Below, piece after piece: positions 53,966 through 63,999 of a stretch of 64,000 nucleotides of DNA (the stretch's first letter is position 1; the number at the start of each line of letters is the position of its first letter). Made by a program: the position numbers and the translations under genes. The notes under the pieces were generated by a model. That model did not search any database, was not told the origin of the DNA, and was given only the letters and a program-made list of their open reading frames with translations. The DNA comes from a virus, in the IMG/VR virus record IMGVR_UViG_3300045988_119069; one strand, written 5' to 3'.

Positions 53966-54469
53966 ATGATAAACAAGAAAACATTTATTTTCAACACTCT
54001 TGCTGACGCACTGGTTTTCAAGATAGGAGCCGATCCTAAGAACACTACGTATCGCTTGGGGTCGTTTGCCGAGGATGCGGAGATAAAGACCGGCGAACCC
54101 GACATTCCCTATTATTCCGAAATCCTTATTCGCGAAACGAACCAAATGTGGCGCTGCAACCAGTTTTGGCTGAACGACGTAAACCGTAGTCCCGACAACG
54201 ACCTTGCGACGGAGCGTGCCGAGCGTATGGCAGCGGATCAACTATTGCGCAGCGAGATCGACCGGCTGACAACCGAAACACATACTCTCAGCGAACAACT
54301 GCAAGCGGAAGCCAAGACACGTAAGGAAGCAGACGCGGACATCCAGACGGTACTGGAGAATCAGCAGAAAGCCATCGCCGCACTCGTTTTGCGTGTGGAC
54401 GGCTTGGCAGGAGTGCTTATCACGAAGGACGAGTATCGCGCCATTTCGCCCAAGAAGGACAATGAATAA
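53966..54469 (+). CDS. hypothetical coiled-coil protein (167 aa)
   Basis: ORF track. Central coiled coil (RAERMAADQLLRSEIDRLTTETHTLSEQLQAEAK). Confidence 0.35.
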   Translation: MINKKTFIFNTLADALVFKIGADPKNTTYRLGSFAEDAEIKTGEPDIPYYSEILIRETNQMWRCNQFWLNDVNRSPDNDLATERAERMAADQLLRSEIDRLTTETHTLSEQLQAEAKTRKEADADIQTVLENQQKAIAALVLRVDGLAGVLITKDEYRAISPKKDNE

Positions 54470-54496
54470 GCACGTGAGGATATTGAGTCTTCCGGT

Positions 54497-54832
54497 GTGC
54501 CGCAGAACGAGTTTCTTTCTGCTGACGGCGGATTCCCCTTCTCGTTCTCCGTGATGGGAGCTGTTGACAAGAAGCTGCATGTCACGATGACGGGTGCTAC
54601 AGGCACATGGGCGATGGAACCGAAGACGTTTCTTGCCGACGAACAGCGACCCGAAGCTAACCCTTATTCGTGGACACAGCAGGAAATTTCGGCTTATGGA
54701 TTGTTGTCGCACGGTGTGCATACCGTAACGGCATGGGTAACGTGTGATGACGGCATGGGTGGCGAGTTGTCGTCGGAAGTGCAGGTAAACCGCTTTATGG
54801 TGGTGAACGAAACGACCTCTTCTCCGTCATAA
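54497..54832 (+). CDS. hypothetical protein (111 aa; GTG start doubtful)
   Basis: Same frame as the ORFs on either side, separated from them only by TAA codons. Confidence 0.3.
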   Translation: MPQNEFLSADGGFPFSFSVMGAVDKKLHVTMTGATGTWAMEPKTFLADEQRPEANPYSWTQQEISAYGLLSHGVHTVTAWVTCDDGMGGELSSEVQVNRFMVVNETTSSPS

Positions 54833-54850
54833 CTGGTACAACCATATCTG

Positions 54851-55081
54851 ATGCTTCAGGGCGTGCAGAGCGTGGTGGAGAACTATGTGCGCACGGTTAT
54901 CTCAAACTTTGCGGTATGGGTGCCGAAGAGTGCAGACACGCCTACGCTGCCCGCCACCGAACCGCTGCCCGTGAGCATCCGCATCACGAATGCCGGCGAC
55001 GACGACTTGGACTACACGGCTTCTTGTTTCGTGTCAGATGTCCGGTCCGTAAAAACGGAAATCACTAACTTTGTAACATGA
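54851..55081 (+). CDS. hypothetical protein (76 aa)
   Basis: ORF track. ATGA overlap with the next gene. Confidence 0.3.
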   Translation: MLQGVQSVVENYVRTVISNFAVWVPKSADTPTLPATEPLPVSIRITNAGDDDLDYTASCFVSDVRSVKTEITNFVT

Positions 55082-55428
55082 ATTTTAATAATAAAAATAT
55101 AAAGATTGAAAATCAAACCCAAAGCAAAACCTCAATACTTAGCAGCATGAACATCAGAGAAACGAAAAACGAGGCCATAGCGAAAAAAGGAATGTTCGCT
55201 CATATTGACGCTACCTTCCTCAAGCGTCTTGTCGCCCTTTTCTCCATACCCGACTATGACACGTTTGCCGCAATCCTTGTCAGCGGCAAATACACCTACC
55301 CCGAAGAACTCTCCTGCCACCGCAAGGCGCTATTGGGCAACATGCAACCGCTGAAGGAGCTTAACGCCTACGTAGAGCAATGCAAGAGTCTTGCAGCACA
55401 ATGCTTCGACAACTTAATCATTAAATAA
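55078..55428 (+). CDS. hypothetical protein (116 aa)
   Basis: ORF track. Confidence 0.35.
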   Translation: MNFNNKNIKIENQTQSKTSILSSMNIRETKNEAIAKKGMFAHIDATFLKRLVALFSIPDYDTFAAILVSGKYTYPEELSCHRKALLGNMQPLKELNAYVEQCKSLAAQCFDNLIIK

Positions 55429-55436
55429 CACGCAAT

Positions 55437-58400
55437 ATGGCTAACCCTAATCCCAACATGACAGTGGCGACACCCAAAGACTACTGGCTTTCGCCTAACG
55501 CGCTCCACATAGAGCGAAACGCATTGGGCTATCCTGATTACATTCAGGCATCGTGCATAAGCGGAGCGCAGATCCTCGTCTACATCAAGGGTATCATCAG
55601 CTATGACGCGGGACACAACTACCGCCGTTGGCCGCTGCAAGCCTCGCCTACAGTGTTCAACACCCATACCGAGAAATACGTATATGTGGCTGTGCCGCGT
55701 GACTCCACGCTGTCCTCAGCCATTGTTGTTTATCCCTCCGAGCTTCTTGACATCTACGGCAAGAACGATCAACAGCAGCAGGTGGGTTCGGAGAAGTATT
55801 ACTACATCTTCCTGCAAGGCATACTCTCTTCTTCGGGCGACAACGGCACGGTGCAGCGCGACTGGCTTGAGGGCCATACCGTCCTTACGGGTTATCTTTC
55901 TTCCAACGAAGCCATCAACGCCGGACCGGACGAAGCCGAATGGTTCCAGTACAGCACGGTGGACGAGATAGTGACGTTCCTCAAGGACCTCACGATGAAA
56001 GCCGGAACGAAGTTTCGTGAACTGTTTGCTAAGGCGGTCACTATCGTGTCGGGAGGATATATCACGTTTGAGGGCAAGACGGGTTCGGTGTCGGGCATCG
56101 CCAACGCCGATACGTCGGTTGAGTCGGAAGCGGATATCGTCACGCCGAAGTATATGGACGGCAAGGCTCTCTCGAAGAGTCATAACGACAAGACCGACTT
56201 CGACATCGAACTGAAAAACCTTCGCGCCAATGGCACTGTTGACGTGTTCGGCGGTCTGACAATCGGCAGGACGGAGGACGGATATGGCGTGACGGGCGAA
56301 GGTGCTGCCACGCTGAGTACGGTTGTTGTGGACGAGGTGCGTGACCCTAAGAGCACCGAGCAAGACCGTGTGATTGTCGGTGCGCAGGGCTTTAACCTCT
56401 ATATGGGCAAGGACGGCAAGAGCCACCTCTACATTGACTACCTGATGACAAGGACGAAATTCTTTGCTGCGAGTGCGGAGGTGAGAAAGGTGAGCTATTC
56501 GGGCGGTACTACGCTCTTCTCAAACGCTGGCAGCACGATAATGAAGGTGGCTCACGTACTGGATGATGCAGGAGTGACTGTCGGCTACAAGTGCTACGCT
56601 GCTGCTGATGACGGCACAACACGGACGGCTAACTGGTGGCATGTGGGCATGATGGCACTGTGCCAGACCTTTAATGTGAAGGCTGGTGAGACGGAGAACC
56701 TTCAGAACCGCTACTACTGGCGCCTTGTGGTAGGTGTCGGACAGGAGACATTAGAGGACGGCAAGCTGTATGACTACGTGATACTGAGCAACAGGAAGAC
56801 GTTTGCGGGTTCTGACAGCATCACGGAAGACGGCCGGAGTCTGGCGGCGGTGTTCGAGGAGCAGGAGGGCAAGACTACTGACGACGGCAACAACGTCATA
56901 GCAAACCGCATGTTCTTCGGCTACGAGCCAGCCGCGGACGGCGGAGAACCTGACGTGCCGCAGCCTTACGACGTGATAGTGCAGGCAGGAGACCAGATTC
57001 AGTGGAACCGCTTCGGCAACCTCATCAAGCTGACGACATCTACGGAGGACGGAAGCGACAACGGAAACGCTCCTGCCATTGCGATATATCATGCGATGGG
57101 TGCGCCTTACAAAACGGGAGACACGGTGAATCCGTATCAATGGAAAACGCTGACTTCATTAGATTCCCCTCTCCTTGTGCTCAAGAACGCAAAGAACTTC
57201 AAGTTCTTTACCGATGACAACCCTGACAATATCATCGACCCTGTGACGGTGACGTACGACCTTGTACCATCCTCGGAATATATCATCCGCAAGCCGAACT
57301 CTCAGACGGCGACACCGAACGACATTACCTTCACGCTTCGCAAGCGCACGGGCAACGTGACTGAGGACATGAAGGACGGATATTTGCTGACGGCAGACTA
57401 TACGACCACTGCGGGCGAAAGCAAGAGCGGCGTGGCGATAAACCGCCTGTCCGACATTGGCGTGAGCTTTTACCTCCTCGCTTCGGTGACGGTACGGGCA
57501 ACTGTCAAGGCGGACAACACCCCCGTAACGCTGACACTTCCGATTCTTTCCGACGGCGCGAAAGGCGATACGGGCACAAGCTTTAAGGTGCTCGGCTACG
57601 CTCTTGCCCATGCCAAGACATACGCGGAGCTACAGCAGATAACGCCTACGGACGGCGGTCTGTACCTTGTGGACGACACAACGGGCATGGAAGGCGGCGG
57701 AAAGAAGCCCTGCGTGGTGCAATGGAAGAACGGCAAATACATCGTGTGTGACTCAAACGACGGCGACTCGTATAAGATAGGCGAAATACTCTGGACAAAT
57801 ACTGGAACCTACTGGCTTGACATCGGCAGCGTGAAGGGAGAGGGTGTGGTGATATCGGACATGAGCGTGACGTACGCCATATCTGACAGCGCTACGGTGA
57901 CACCTACGGAATGGCAGTCAGCCATCATCGCCGCCACCGACGCGAAGCCCTATCTCTGGACGAGGACAACGGTGACCTACAAGGATTCGGAAGGCGAGCA
58001 TACAACGGTGTCGTACGCCATCGCCTATAAGGGCAAGGACGGCGACAAGGGAACCCCCGGAGCAAACGGCACGGACGCTGTGGAGTTTATTGTCAGTAAT
58101 GCTCCTCTTGTGTTCGACACAGACGAGAACGGCGTGGTATCTGCAAGTGTCAGCAAGACTGCCACAATACAAGTGATGCGTTCCGGTAAGAACATCACAT
58201 CGGAGGTGAGCAATCTCTTCCCGAGCAACAGCAACATGGGCTGCGGAAAACCGACGCTGACAAAGCGGACTGACGGCATAGACGTGACGATATCGGGAGC
58301 TTCGATAAACAAAGACAGCAAGCTCGGTGTGAGTGTGACGAGCGGATATGTCATCGTGTATATGGCAATCGGAAGTACGCTATACTCTCAGCAGATACCC

Positions 58401-59699
58401 TTTTTGGTGAACGTGGCGAAGTTTACGGGGACGATATCGGCTGACAACAAGAAGCTGCGGACGGACTATACGGAGCTGACGAACCGTGTAGGAGCAGTGG
58501 AAACGGACGTAAACGGCATCCCCATCAAGACGCAGGGCGAGCTGAAGAAGTATACCTCGACCATTGAGCAGACGGCCCGTGAGATATCGCTGAAGGTGAC
58601 GGAGGAGACCGTGAACATGGCACGTAACTGCATCGTTGGTTCGGCGCTTAGGGAATATGACGAAATAACGCCAATCAACGGTACGGAGAAAGTGACGATA
58701 ATGACGCAGGGCGTGGGTGGCACTAACTATGCCCAATGCTACTGTATCGGAGCCACTGCAAACTCTTGGACGGGCCTGTATTTCAAGGACGTGCGCGTGA
58801 AGCCGCAGACAAAATACATATTCAGCGTATGGATGAGAATGACGGCAAAGCCCGACAATGGCAGCTACGTGGCTATCAAGACATACAACACCTCCGTGAC
58901 GGGCACGGAGGTGGCACGCATCAAGTTCCCTGACAGTCAGACACTGAACGTGTGGGCATTGTACAAGGTGGCGGTGAGCGTTCCGGCAGCATGTAACCGC
59001 CTTCTGATAGAGACAGGCGTGAGAAAGAACGGAGCGATAGACCTGTGTCGTCCGATGCTGGAAGAAGGCGATACGTACCAAGGCTGGAGCCTCTCGCCTT
59101 ACGACGTAACCATAGACGATGCAGTGGTGGCGACAGGCTTAGACATCAAGAACGGCATCATCAAGGCAACGGCTGATAAATTCGAGATAAGAAACAACAA
59201 CGGCGAACAGACGGCTGCCGTGAACGAGAAGGGACGCTTGGAGGTAAAGAGCGGTTTGTTTTCGGGTTTTATAGTGAAGAAGATGACGACACTCACTCCT
59301 GATAACATTTCCGAATATCTTAAAAGCTCACAGAGCAATGGCTATTTAAGCATGGACTTCTCGGCAGCTGGCTCATACGTGTGCTTTACGGGCGCGATGA
59401 AGGCGAAATATGGAGACGATTATCCTTCACCTGTACTACCTTTTTACAATATAGGCAGTATAAGTGCATCACTCGGCGTAACGGCGGAAGAAGCAATATC
59501 CTACATAGGACAAATCGTGATAATAGCGAACAAGAGCGACACGACGGTAAACGTTATTGGCGGAGGGACTATCAAGGGTGGCGGCACACAGTCGCAGTGG
59601 ATAGAAACGGGCTACATGGCTGTGTTGGCTTGCGAGTTCGAGTACACATCGGTAAAGAACTATAAAATAGTATGGAATGGATATTGTGTAAAAATATAA
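55437..59699 (+). CDS. large tail fibre / receptor-binding protein (1420 aa)
   Basis: Size. Short collagen-like stretch KGKDGDKGTPGANGTD. Jelly-roll/CBM-like segment (YFKDVRVKPQTKYIFSVWMR...). Position in the tail module. Confidence 0.5.
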   Translation: MANPNPNMTVATPKDYWLSPNALHIERNALGYPDYIQASCISGAQILVYIKGIISYDAGHNYRRWPLQASPTVFNTHTEKYVYVAVPRDSTLSSAIVVYPSELLDIYGKNDQQQQVGSEKYYYIFLQGILSSSGDNGTVQRDWLEGHTVLTGYLSSNEAINAGPDEAEWFQYSTVDEIVTFLKDLTMKAGTKFRELFAKAVTIVSGGYITFEGKTGSVSGIANADTSVESEADIVTPKYMDGKALSKSHNDKTDFDIELKNLRANGTVDVFGGLTIGRTEDGYGVTGEGAATLSTVVVDEVRDPKSTEQDRVIVGAQGFNLYMGKDGKSHLYIDYLMTRTKFFAASAEVRKVSYSGGTTLFSNAGSTIMKVAHVLDDAGVTVGYKCYAAADDGTTRTANWWHVGMMALCQTFNVKAGETENLQNRYYWRLVVGVGQETLEDGKLYDYVILSNRKTFAGSDSITEDGRSLAAVFEEQEGKTTDDGNNVIANRMFFGYEPAADGGEPDVPQPYDVIVQAGDQIQWNRFGNLIKLTTSTEDGSDNGNAPAIAIYHAMGAPYKTGDTVNPYQWKTLTSLDSPLLVLKNAKNFKFFTDDNPDNIIDPVTVTYDLVPSSEYIIRKPNSQTATPNDITFTLRKRTGNVTEDMKDGYLLTADYTTTAGESKSGVAINRLSDIGVSFYLLASVTVRATVKADNTPVTLTLPILSDGAKGDTGTSFKVLGYALAHAKTYAELQQITPTDGGLYLVDDTTGMEGGGKKPCVVQWKNGKYIVCDSNDGDSYKIGEILWTNTGTYWLDIGSVKGEGVVISDMSVTYAISDSATVTPTEWQSAIIAATDAKPYLWTRTTVTYKDSEGEHTTVSYAIAYKGKDGDKGTPGANGTDAVEFIVSNAPLVFDTDENGVVSASVSKTATIQVMRSGKNITSEVSNLFPSNSNMGCGKPTLTKRTDGIDVTISGASINKDSKLGVSVTSGYVIVYMAIGSTLYSQQIPFLVNVAKFTGTISADNKKLRTDYTELTNRVGAVETDVNGIPIKTQGELKKYTSTIEQTAREISLKVTEETVNMARNCIVGSALREYDEITPINGTEKVTIMTQGVGGTNYAQCYCIGATANSWTGLYFKDVRVKPQTKYIFSVWMRMTAKPDNGSYVAIKTYNTSVTGTEVARIKFPDSQTLNVWALYKVAVSVPAACNRLLIETGVRKNGAIDLCRPMLEEGDTYQGWSLSPYDVTIDDAVVATGLDIKNGIIKATADKFEIRNNNGEQTAAVNEKGRLEVKSGLFSGFIVKKMTTLTPDNISEYLKSSQSNGYLSMDFSAAGSYVCFTGAMKAKYGDDYPSPVLPFYNIGSISASLGVTAEEAISYIGQIVIIANKSDTTVNVIGGGTIKGGGTQSQWIETGYMAVLACEFEYTSVKNYKIVWNGYCVKI

Positions 59700-59710
59700 A
59701 ATATTAAGAT

Positions 59711-60313
59711 ATGAAAAAGATACGTATAGGCAATGACATTAACTTCCGATGGACTGTCAGACGTGGCGGAGAGGCAGAAAGCTTTGAGGGGAAAACTGTC
59801 AAGGTTCTGCTGCGTAATACGTATGGTCATCGTTGTGATATTGACTGGCATACAGAACCAGGCGGTATCATCGCTGGCACGTGCTACGGCTCTACGCAGC
59901 ATTACCTTGGAGCGTACACCCTCACATTAGTTGAGAACGACGGCGAACGAGGCATGAACACTGTAGATAAAATTGACGTATGGCAGCTTGTGGCACAGCA
60001 GGATAGTTCTGTTATGGAGACTAAAAATGATTGTGTCGGTTCACAAGTAGAAACCGTCACGGCTCTCATAGAGTCGGAAATAGGTCTTGCTGGAGCAGCG
60101 CAAGTGACAATAGATGTGGAATTAAACGAGGAGTCATACAACGCCATCGCCAATGCGTCTGTAACAAAGGCTTTCAAGGAAGTGCGTAAAGATGTTGACT
60201 CTTTGGATTCGGAAATGAAGGAACTGAAACCACGTGTTGAGACGTTGGAAGAAGTTAAAACAGAAGCAATAGACCTAAAGGGCATTGATGATGCCTTTAA
60301 CGAGAGCATATAG
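59711..60313 (+). CDS. hypothetical tail-module protein (200 aa)
   Basis: ORF track. Confidence 0.35.
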   Translation: MKKIRIGNDINFRWTVRRGGEAESFEGKTVKVLLRNTYGHRCDIDWHTEPGGIIAGTCYGSTQHYLGAYTLTLVENDGERGMNTVDKIDVWQLVAQQDSSVMETKNDCVGSQVETVTALIESEIGLAGAAQVTIDVELNEESYNAIANASVTKAFKEVRKDVDSLDSEMKELKPRVETLEEVKTEAIDLKGIDDAFNESI

Positions 60314-60377
60314 CATTACAATGAGATTTTTTACAATCTATATATCAATGTTTTATTAATTAATTTTTTTAAGAATT

Positions 60378-61571
60378 ATGGCAAAGTATTTAGACGAGAA
60401 AGGTCTGTCAAAACTCGTTTTTAAGACCAAAGAGTATGCGGATCATTCTTCCGCAGCAGTGAAGACAGCTGTAGATGGCTATACCATCAACGGCAAAAAG
60501 ATTTCTACTAACCCAGTGATTGCAAAGGCTGATGTGGGCCTGACTAACGTGGACAACGTTAAGCAGATACCCGCATCGGAGAAGGGTAAGGCAAATGGCG
60601 TGGCAACTCTCGGCACTGACGGCAAACTTACAGCGGCACAGATGCCGGCAATGAAGACAATTAACGGTGAGAGCGTCGTGGGTTCTGGTAACATCAAAAT
60701 AGACCTGTCACTCTACAAGGTTATCACTGACTTTCCTACATCAAACATTGATGCCACGAAGATTTACTTGAAGCTTGCTTCAAGCACAGCTGAAAAGAAT
60801 GTCTATGCGGAGTATATTTATACTGGTGACACAACGGCAGCATACGACGCATCAAAGTGGGAAAAATTGGGTGAGGCGCAGACATCAATTATCGTGGATG
60901 CAGCACTCTCTACATCATCGACCAATCCGGTGCAGAACAAGGTTGTCAACAAAGCGATAAATGATGTTCAGACCAATCTTAACACCCACATCAACAACAA
61001 GGAGAATCCGCACAAAGTAAACAAAGCACAGGTAGGTCTTGGCAATGTAACTAACGAGGCGCAGATACCCTTAAGCCAGAAGGGTGCCAACAACGGTGTA
61101 GCTGCTCTTGACGGTGACGGACACGTCAAGGACAGCCACCTGTGGGATGCCTCGGAAGGTTTCCACGGTCTCATTTCAGCAGACGACTGGAAGAGACTTG
61201 ATGATGTGTACGGTGTCTACGACAGCAAAACCATGCTTGTCAAGGAGGGTGCTATCCCCACATCCGCATACGGCGTGGTTGAGTTCGGCGGAATGACATC
61301 TGGAGAAACCACCATGGGAGGTTCTGCGACACGAGGAAAGATAATGTTCAACACAACCAAGAACTGTTTTGTTGAGGTTGTCGGCTCGACACAGTATAGT
61401 GCGCTTAGTGGCGGAAACATGTATGGCACTCTTTCCGGCGGACTGACCAAGCCTACAGCAGGAAAGATTTACTCAATTGGCACAAGCCTGTATATGCTTG
61501 ACGCTACGTCAGGCGGTCTTGTCCTTATCAACGGCAGGATAGACGAGACCTACATCGAATCATTGTTCTAA
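60378..61571 (+). CDS. tail fibre-like protein (397 aa)
   Basis: N-terminus MAKYLDEKGLSKLV and motif ALSTSSTNPVQNKVVNKAIN, both shared with the next gene. Confidence 0.5.
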   Translation: MAKYLDEKGLSKLVFKTKEYADHSSAAVKTAVDGYTINGKKISTNPVIAKADVGLTNVDNVKQIPASEKGKANGVATLGTDGKLTAAQMPAMKTINGESVVGSGNIKIDLSLYKVITDFPTSNIDATKIYLKLASSTAEKNVYAEYIYTGDTTAAYDASKWEKLGEAQTSIIVDAALSTSSTNPVQNKVVNKAINDVQTNLNTHINNKENPHKVNKAQVGLGNVTNEAQIPLSQKGANNGVAALDGDGHVKDSHLWDASEGFHGLISADDWKRLDDVYGVYDSKTMLVKEGAIPTSAYGVVEFGGMTSGETTMGGSATRGKIMFNTTKNCFVEVVGSTQYSALSGGNMYGTLSGGLTKPTAGKIYSIGTSLYMLDATSGGLVLINGRIDETYIESLF

Positions 61572-61627
61572 TTTTTTAATTCATCGCTACGCTCACCTTA
61601 TTGGTGGGCGTAGCTCAATTTTCTACT

Positions 61628-62344
61628 ATGGCATATCTTGACGATAAAGGACTCTCCCACCTTGTGACGAAGCTTAAGACAATGCTTTCGTCCTATTTCA
61701 ACAAGGTAGAGACAATAGGTAGCGGAAACGCCATCACTGATGTCACGATAGATGGCAACAAGCTAACCTTTAAGCGCAATACGACATTTGCAACAACCAA
61801 CAATAACATAACGGTTGACTCGGCTCTCAGCAGTACATCCACCAACCCGGTGCAGAACAAGGTTGTCTATACGGCTCTCAACGGCAAGGCTTCGACAACA
61901 CACAGCCACAACATCACATCCCTTAACAACGTAAGCGTCACATTGAAGGATGCCACCACAGGTGGCTGGAGCGCTATAAGCAACGACTACGCAAAAGGCA
62001 CATGGCTCAAGGTGGTCAAAGGTGCCAATAACGCCCCCGCATGGTACGCGCAGAAATACGCAAGCGGCCTTGCTTTCGGCGTAGGCGACATCAAGGGCGT
62101 GCTGTCATTGTCGAACTCCTTGGCAAAGGTCTGTTTCGCTTCCGGCGGAACAGACCAAGGGACTCCAAGCTGGTATTTCACATTGACAGGAACAAAAGAA
62201 GAGGAGTATAATCTTGACAATATACCGACAGGTAAAATGCCGGCGCAGGCAGAATTGTCTTCCTCAGCATCCTTAACAACCGTAATAAACAAAGTAAACG
62301 CTATTATAAAAGCATTGAAGACGGCAGGAATAATGAACTCTTAA
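61628..62344 (+). CDS. tail fibre-like protein, paralog (238 aa)
   Basis: Start moved to ATG 61628 (MAYLDDKGLSHLV). Shares ALSSTSTNPVQNKVVYTALN with 60378-61571. Confidence 0.5.
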   Translation: MAYLDDKGLSHLVTKLKTMLSSYFNKVETIGSGNAITDVTIDGNKLTFKRNTTFATTNNNITVDSALSSTSTNPVQNKVVYTALNGKASTTHSHNITSLNNVSVTLKDATTGGWSAISNDYAKGTWLKVVKGANNAPAWYAQKYASGLAFGVGDIKGVLSLSNSLAKVCFASGGTDQGTPSWYFTLTGTKEEEYNLDNIPTGKMPAQAELSSSASLTTVINKVNAIIKALKTAGIMNS

Positions 62345-62470
62345 AAAGGGATTTGGCAATGAACGATGAGCCTCACTGAGCCTTTCTAAGCCTCACTGAG
62401 CATATCTAAGCCTCTTTGCGTGGCTGCTTAATGGGCGCAAATAATAAATAATAATTAATAAATAATAATT

Positions 62471-62905
62471 ATGAGAAGTATTCAGCGTATTTTCGTGCAT
62501 TGCACGGCAAGCAACCAGTCTTGGGGAGTGAAAGAGCTTTGGGCGGAGTTCCGTCATAAAGGATGGAAAAATCCCGGCTATCATTACGTAGTAACAGCCG
62601 ACGGCGGCATCCATCAGATGCTCGCCCTTGAGGAAGTGAGCAACGGTGTGAGAGGCTACAACTCCACCGCCATCAACATCGCCTACGTCGGCGGCATCAG
62701 CCGTCAAGGCAAGAAAATTGTCGCCACGGACAACCGCACACCCGAGCAGAAAGCCTCCCTGCGCAAGCTCCTCGGCATCCTCCGTCAGAAATACCCTGAC
62801 GCAAGGATAATGGGACACCGCAGCATCTGGGGCGAGGACACACCCTCAAAATGGCAGAAGAGCTGCCCCTGCTTCAACGCCGTGGAGGAATACAAGGACA
62901 TTTAA
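62471..62905 (+). CDS. N-acetylmuramoyl-L-alanine amidase (Amidase_2/PGRP-type endolysin)
   Basis: IFVHCTAS, PGYHYVV, GHR and SCPCF zinc-ligand-type motifs. 144 aa. Confidence 0.8.
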   Translation: MRSIQRIFVHCTASNQSWGVKELWAEFRHKGWKNPGYHYVVTADGGIHQMLALEEVSNGVRGYNSTAINIAYVGGISRQGKKIVATDNRTPEQKASLRKLLGILRQKYPDARIMGHRSIWGEDTPSKWQKSCPCFNAVEEYKDI

Positions 62906-62926
62906 CGTCAGCAATGTCCGGACACT

Positions 62927-62972
62927 AAAAAAGCCGCTTCCATCCTCACAGACAGAAGCGGCCCAACTTTTA
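62927..62972. terminator. bidirectional hairpin between convergent genes
   Basis: A-run, then a gccgcttc / gaagcggc stem, then ccaactttt. Lies between the endolysin (+) and the lipoprotein (-). Confidence 0.5.
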
Positions 62973-63110
62973 ATACTTTACAGATTATGACTAAGAGCCA
63001 TATTCTTGTCTGCAAAGGTATATATATTTTGCTTTTATTCCTAACAAATCACCTAAAACTTTGTTTCCCCGTCAAGAGTCTTCTTCATCGAATGAATCGA
63101 ATGAGGCGAA

Positions 63111-63599
63111 CTACTTCATTACGTCGTGCCATCCCGATGGAATGTTATCAATCTTTACCCACACCTCACGATTGCCTTTGCCTTTCCCGTCGTCCGGCAG
63201 GTAATAAGCCTCCATGCGACGGTAATCATTGCTGATAAATTTCAGTTCATATTCGATGCCGCTGCTCCAGACATCTCTACAGAAATACACTTTATTGACA
63301 CAGCCTCCAGCAAACGATATGATGCCATTCCATGCGCTGTCTTCGCCGAAGAAGCAACAGGAGTATATATTTTCCTTTGCAATGAGCAGCCAGGGCGCGT
63401 TAGGATTTTCCTCGTCGCCTTCTCTGACCCATACGCCCTGCATGCGTGAGTGTCGTTCTCCCCAATAGGCATCACGTATCTTCTGCCATTTCTCCGACCA
63501 AGCCCAAAGGTCTTCGTCTTCCTTACTACAGCTCGTTACATTCGCGCCCATAGCCAGCAACATGGCTGACATGAGCAAAAAACTAAAGATTTTCTTCAT
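63111..63599 (-). CDS. lipoprotein (162 aa), reverse-strand moron
   Basis: Signal peptide plus lipobox MKKIFSFLLMSAMLLAMGANVTSC. Trp-rich mature part. Confidence 0.6.
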   Translation of the reverse strand: MKKIFSFLLMSAMLLAMGANVTSCSKEDEDLWAWSEKWQKIRDAYWGERHSRMQGVWVREGDEENPNAPWLLIAKENIYSCCFFGEDSAWNGIISFAGGCVNKVYFCRDVWSSGIEYELKFISNDYRRMEAYYLPDDGKGKGNREVWVKIDNIPSGWHDVMK

Positions 63600-63645
63600 A
63601 CTTTGATATTTTTATACGTTAATACTTTCGTAGGTTTGTATTTTT

Positions 63646-63999
63646 TTGTTTGGCTGCGGAGGGAGTTTGTGCCTTCTTGGGCCTACCTGGGAGAACTGCG
63701 CCTTTGTTGTGCTTTTTTATGTCTTCAAGAAGAAGGCGCAGTTTGCGTCTTCTTTGTGGAAGCAGAACCGTCCGTCCGACAAGTCCGCCAAGGGCACGGA
63801 GGCTTACCTCGCCGTGATGAAGGCGTACAAGGCGCAGCACAAGATTGGCAACCCCTACAGCTTCATGCGCTCTCTCGTCACCGACGACCTCAAGGTCCTC
63901 CTTGCCGGCAACGACATCACGGGTGGCGTGAAGCCCGGCGGCTCCACCACTGAAGGTGGCGGCGGCGGTCAGAAGCCCGGAGGCGAGGTGGACGCATAG
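63646..63999 (+). CDS. hypothetical protein, start uncertain
   Basis: From about 63730 there is a strong G/C third-position bias in this frame (KKAQFASSLWKQNRPSDKSAKGTEAYLAVMKAYKAQHKIGNPYSF...). No convincing start. Ends TAG at the window edge. Confidence 0.25.
   Translation: MFGCGGSLCLLGPTWENCAFVVLFYVFKKKAQFASSLWKQNRPSDKSAKGTEAYLAVMKAYKAQHKIGNPYSFMRSLVTDDLKVLLAGNDITGGVKPGGSTTEGGGGGQKPGGEVDA

Noticed and set aside
63603-63953. ORF 63603-63953 (+) as the gene at the window end.
   Set aside because: Its translation is Arg/Pro/Gln/His-rich nonsense. The overlapping frame 63646-63999 carries the GC3 bias and a protein-like sequence.
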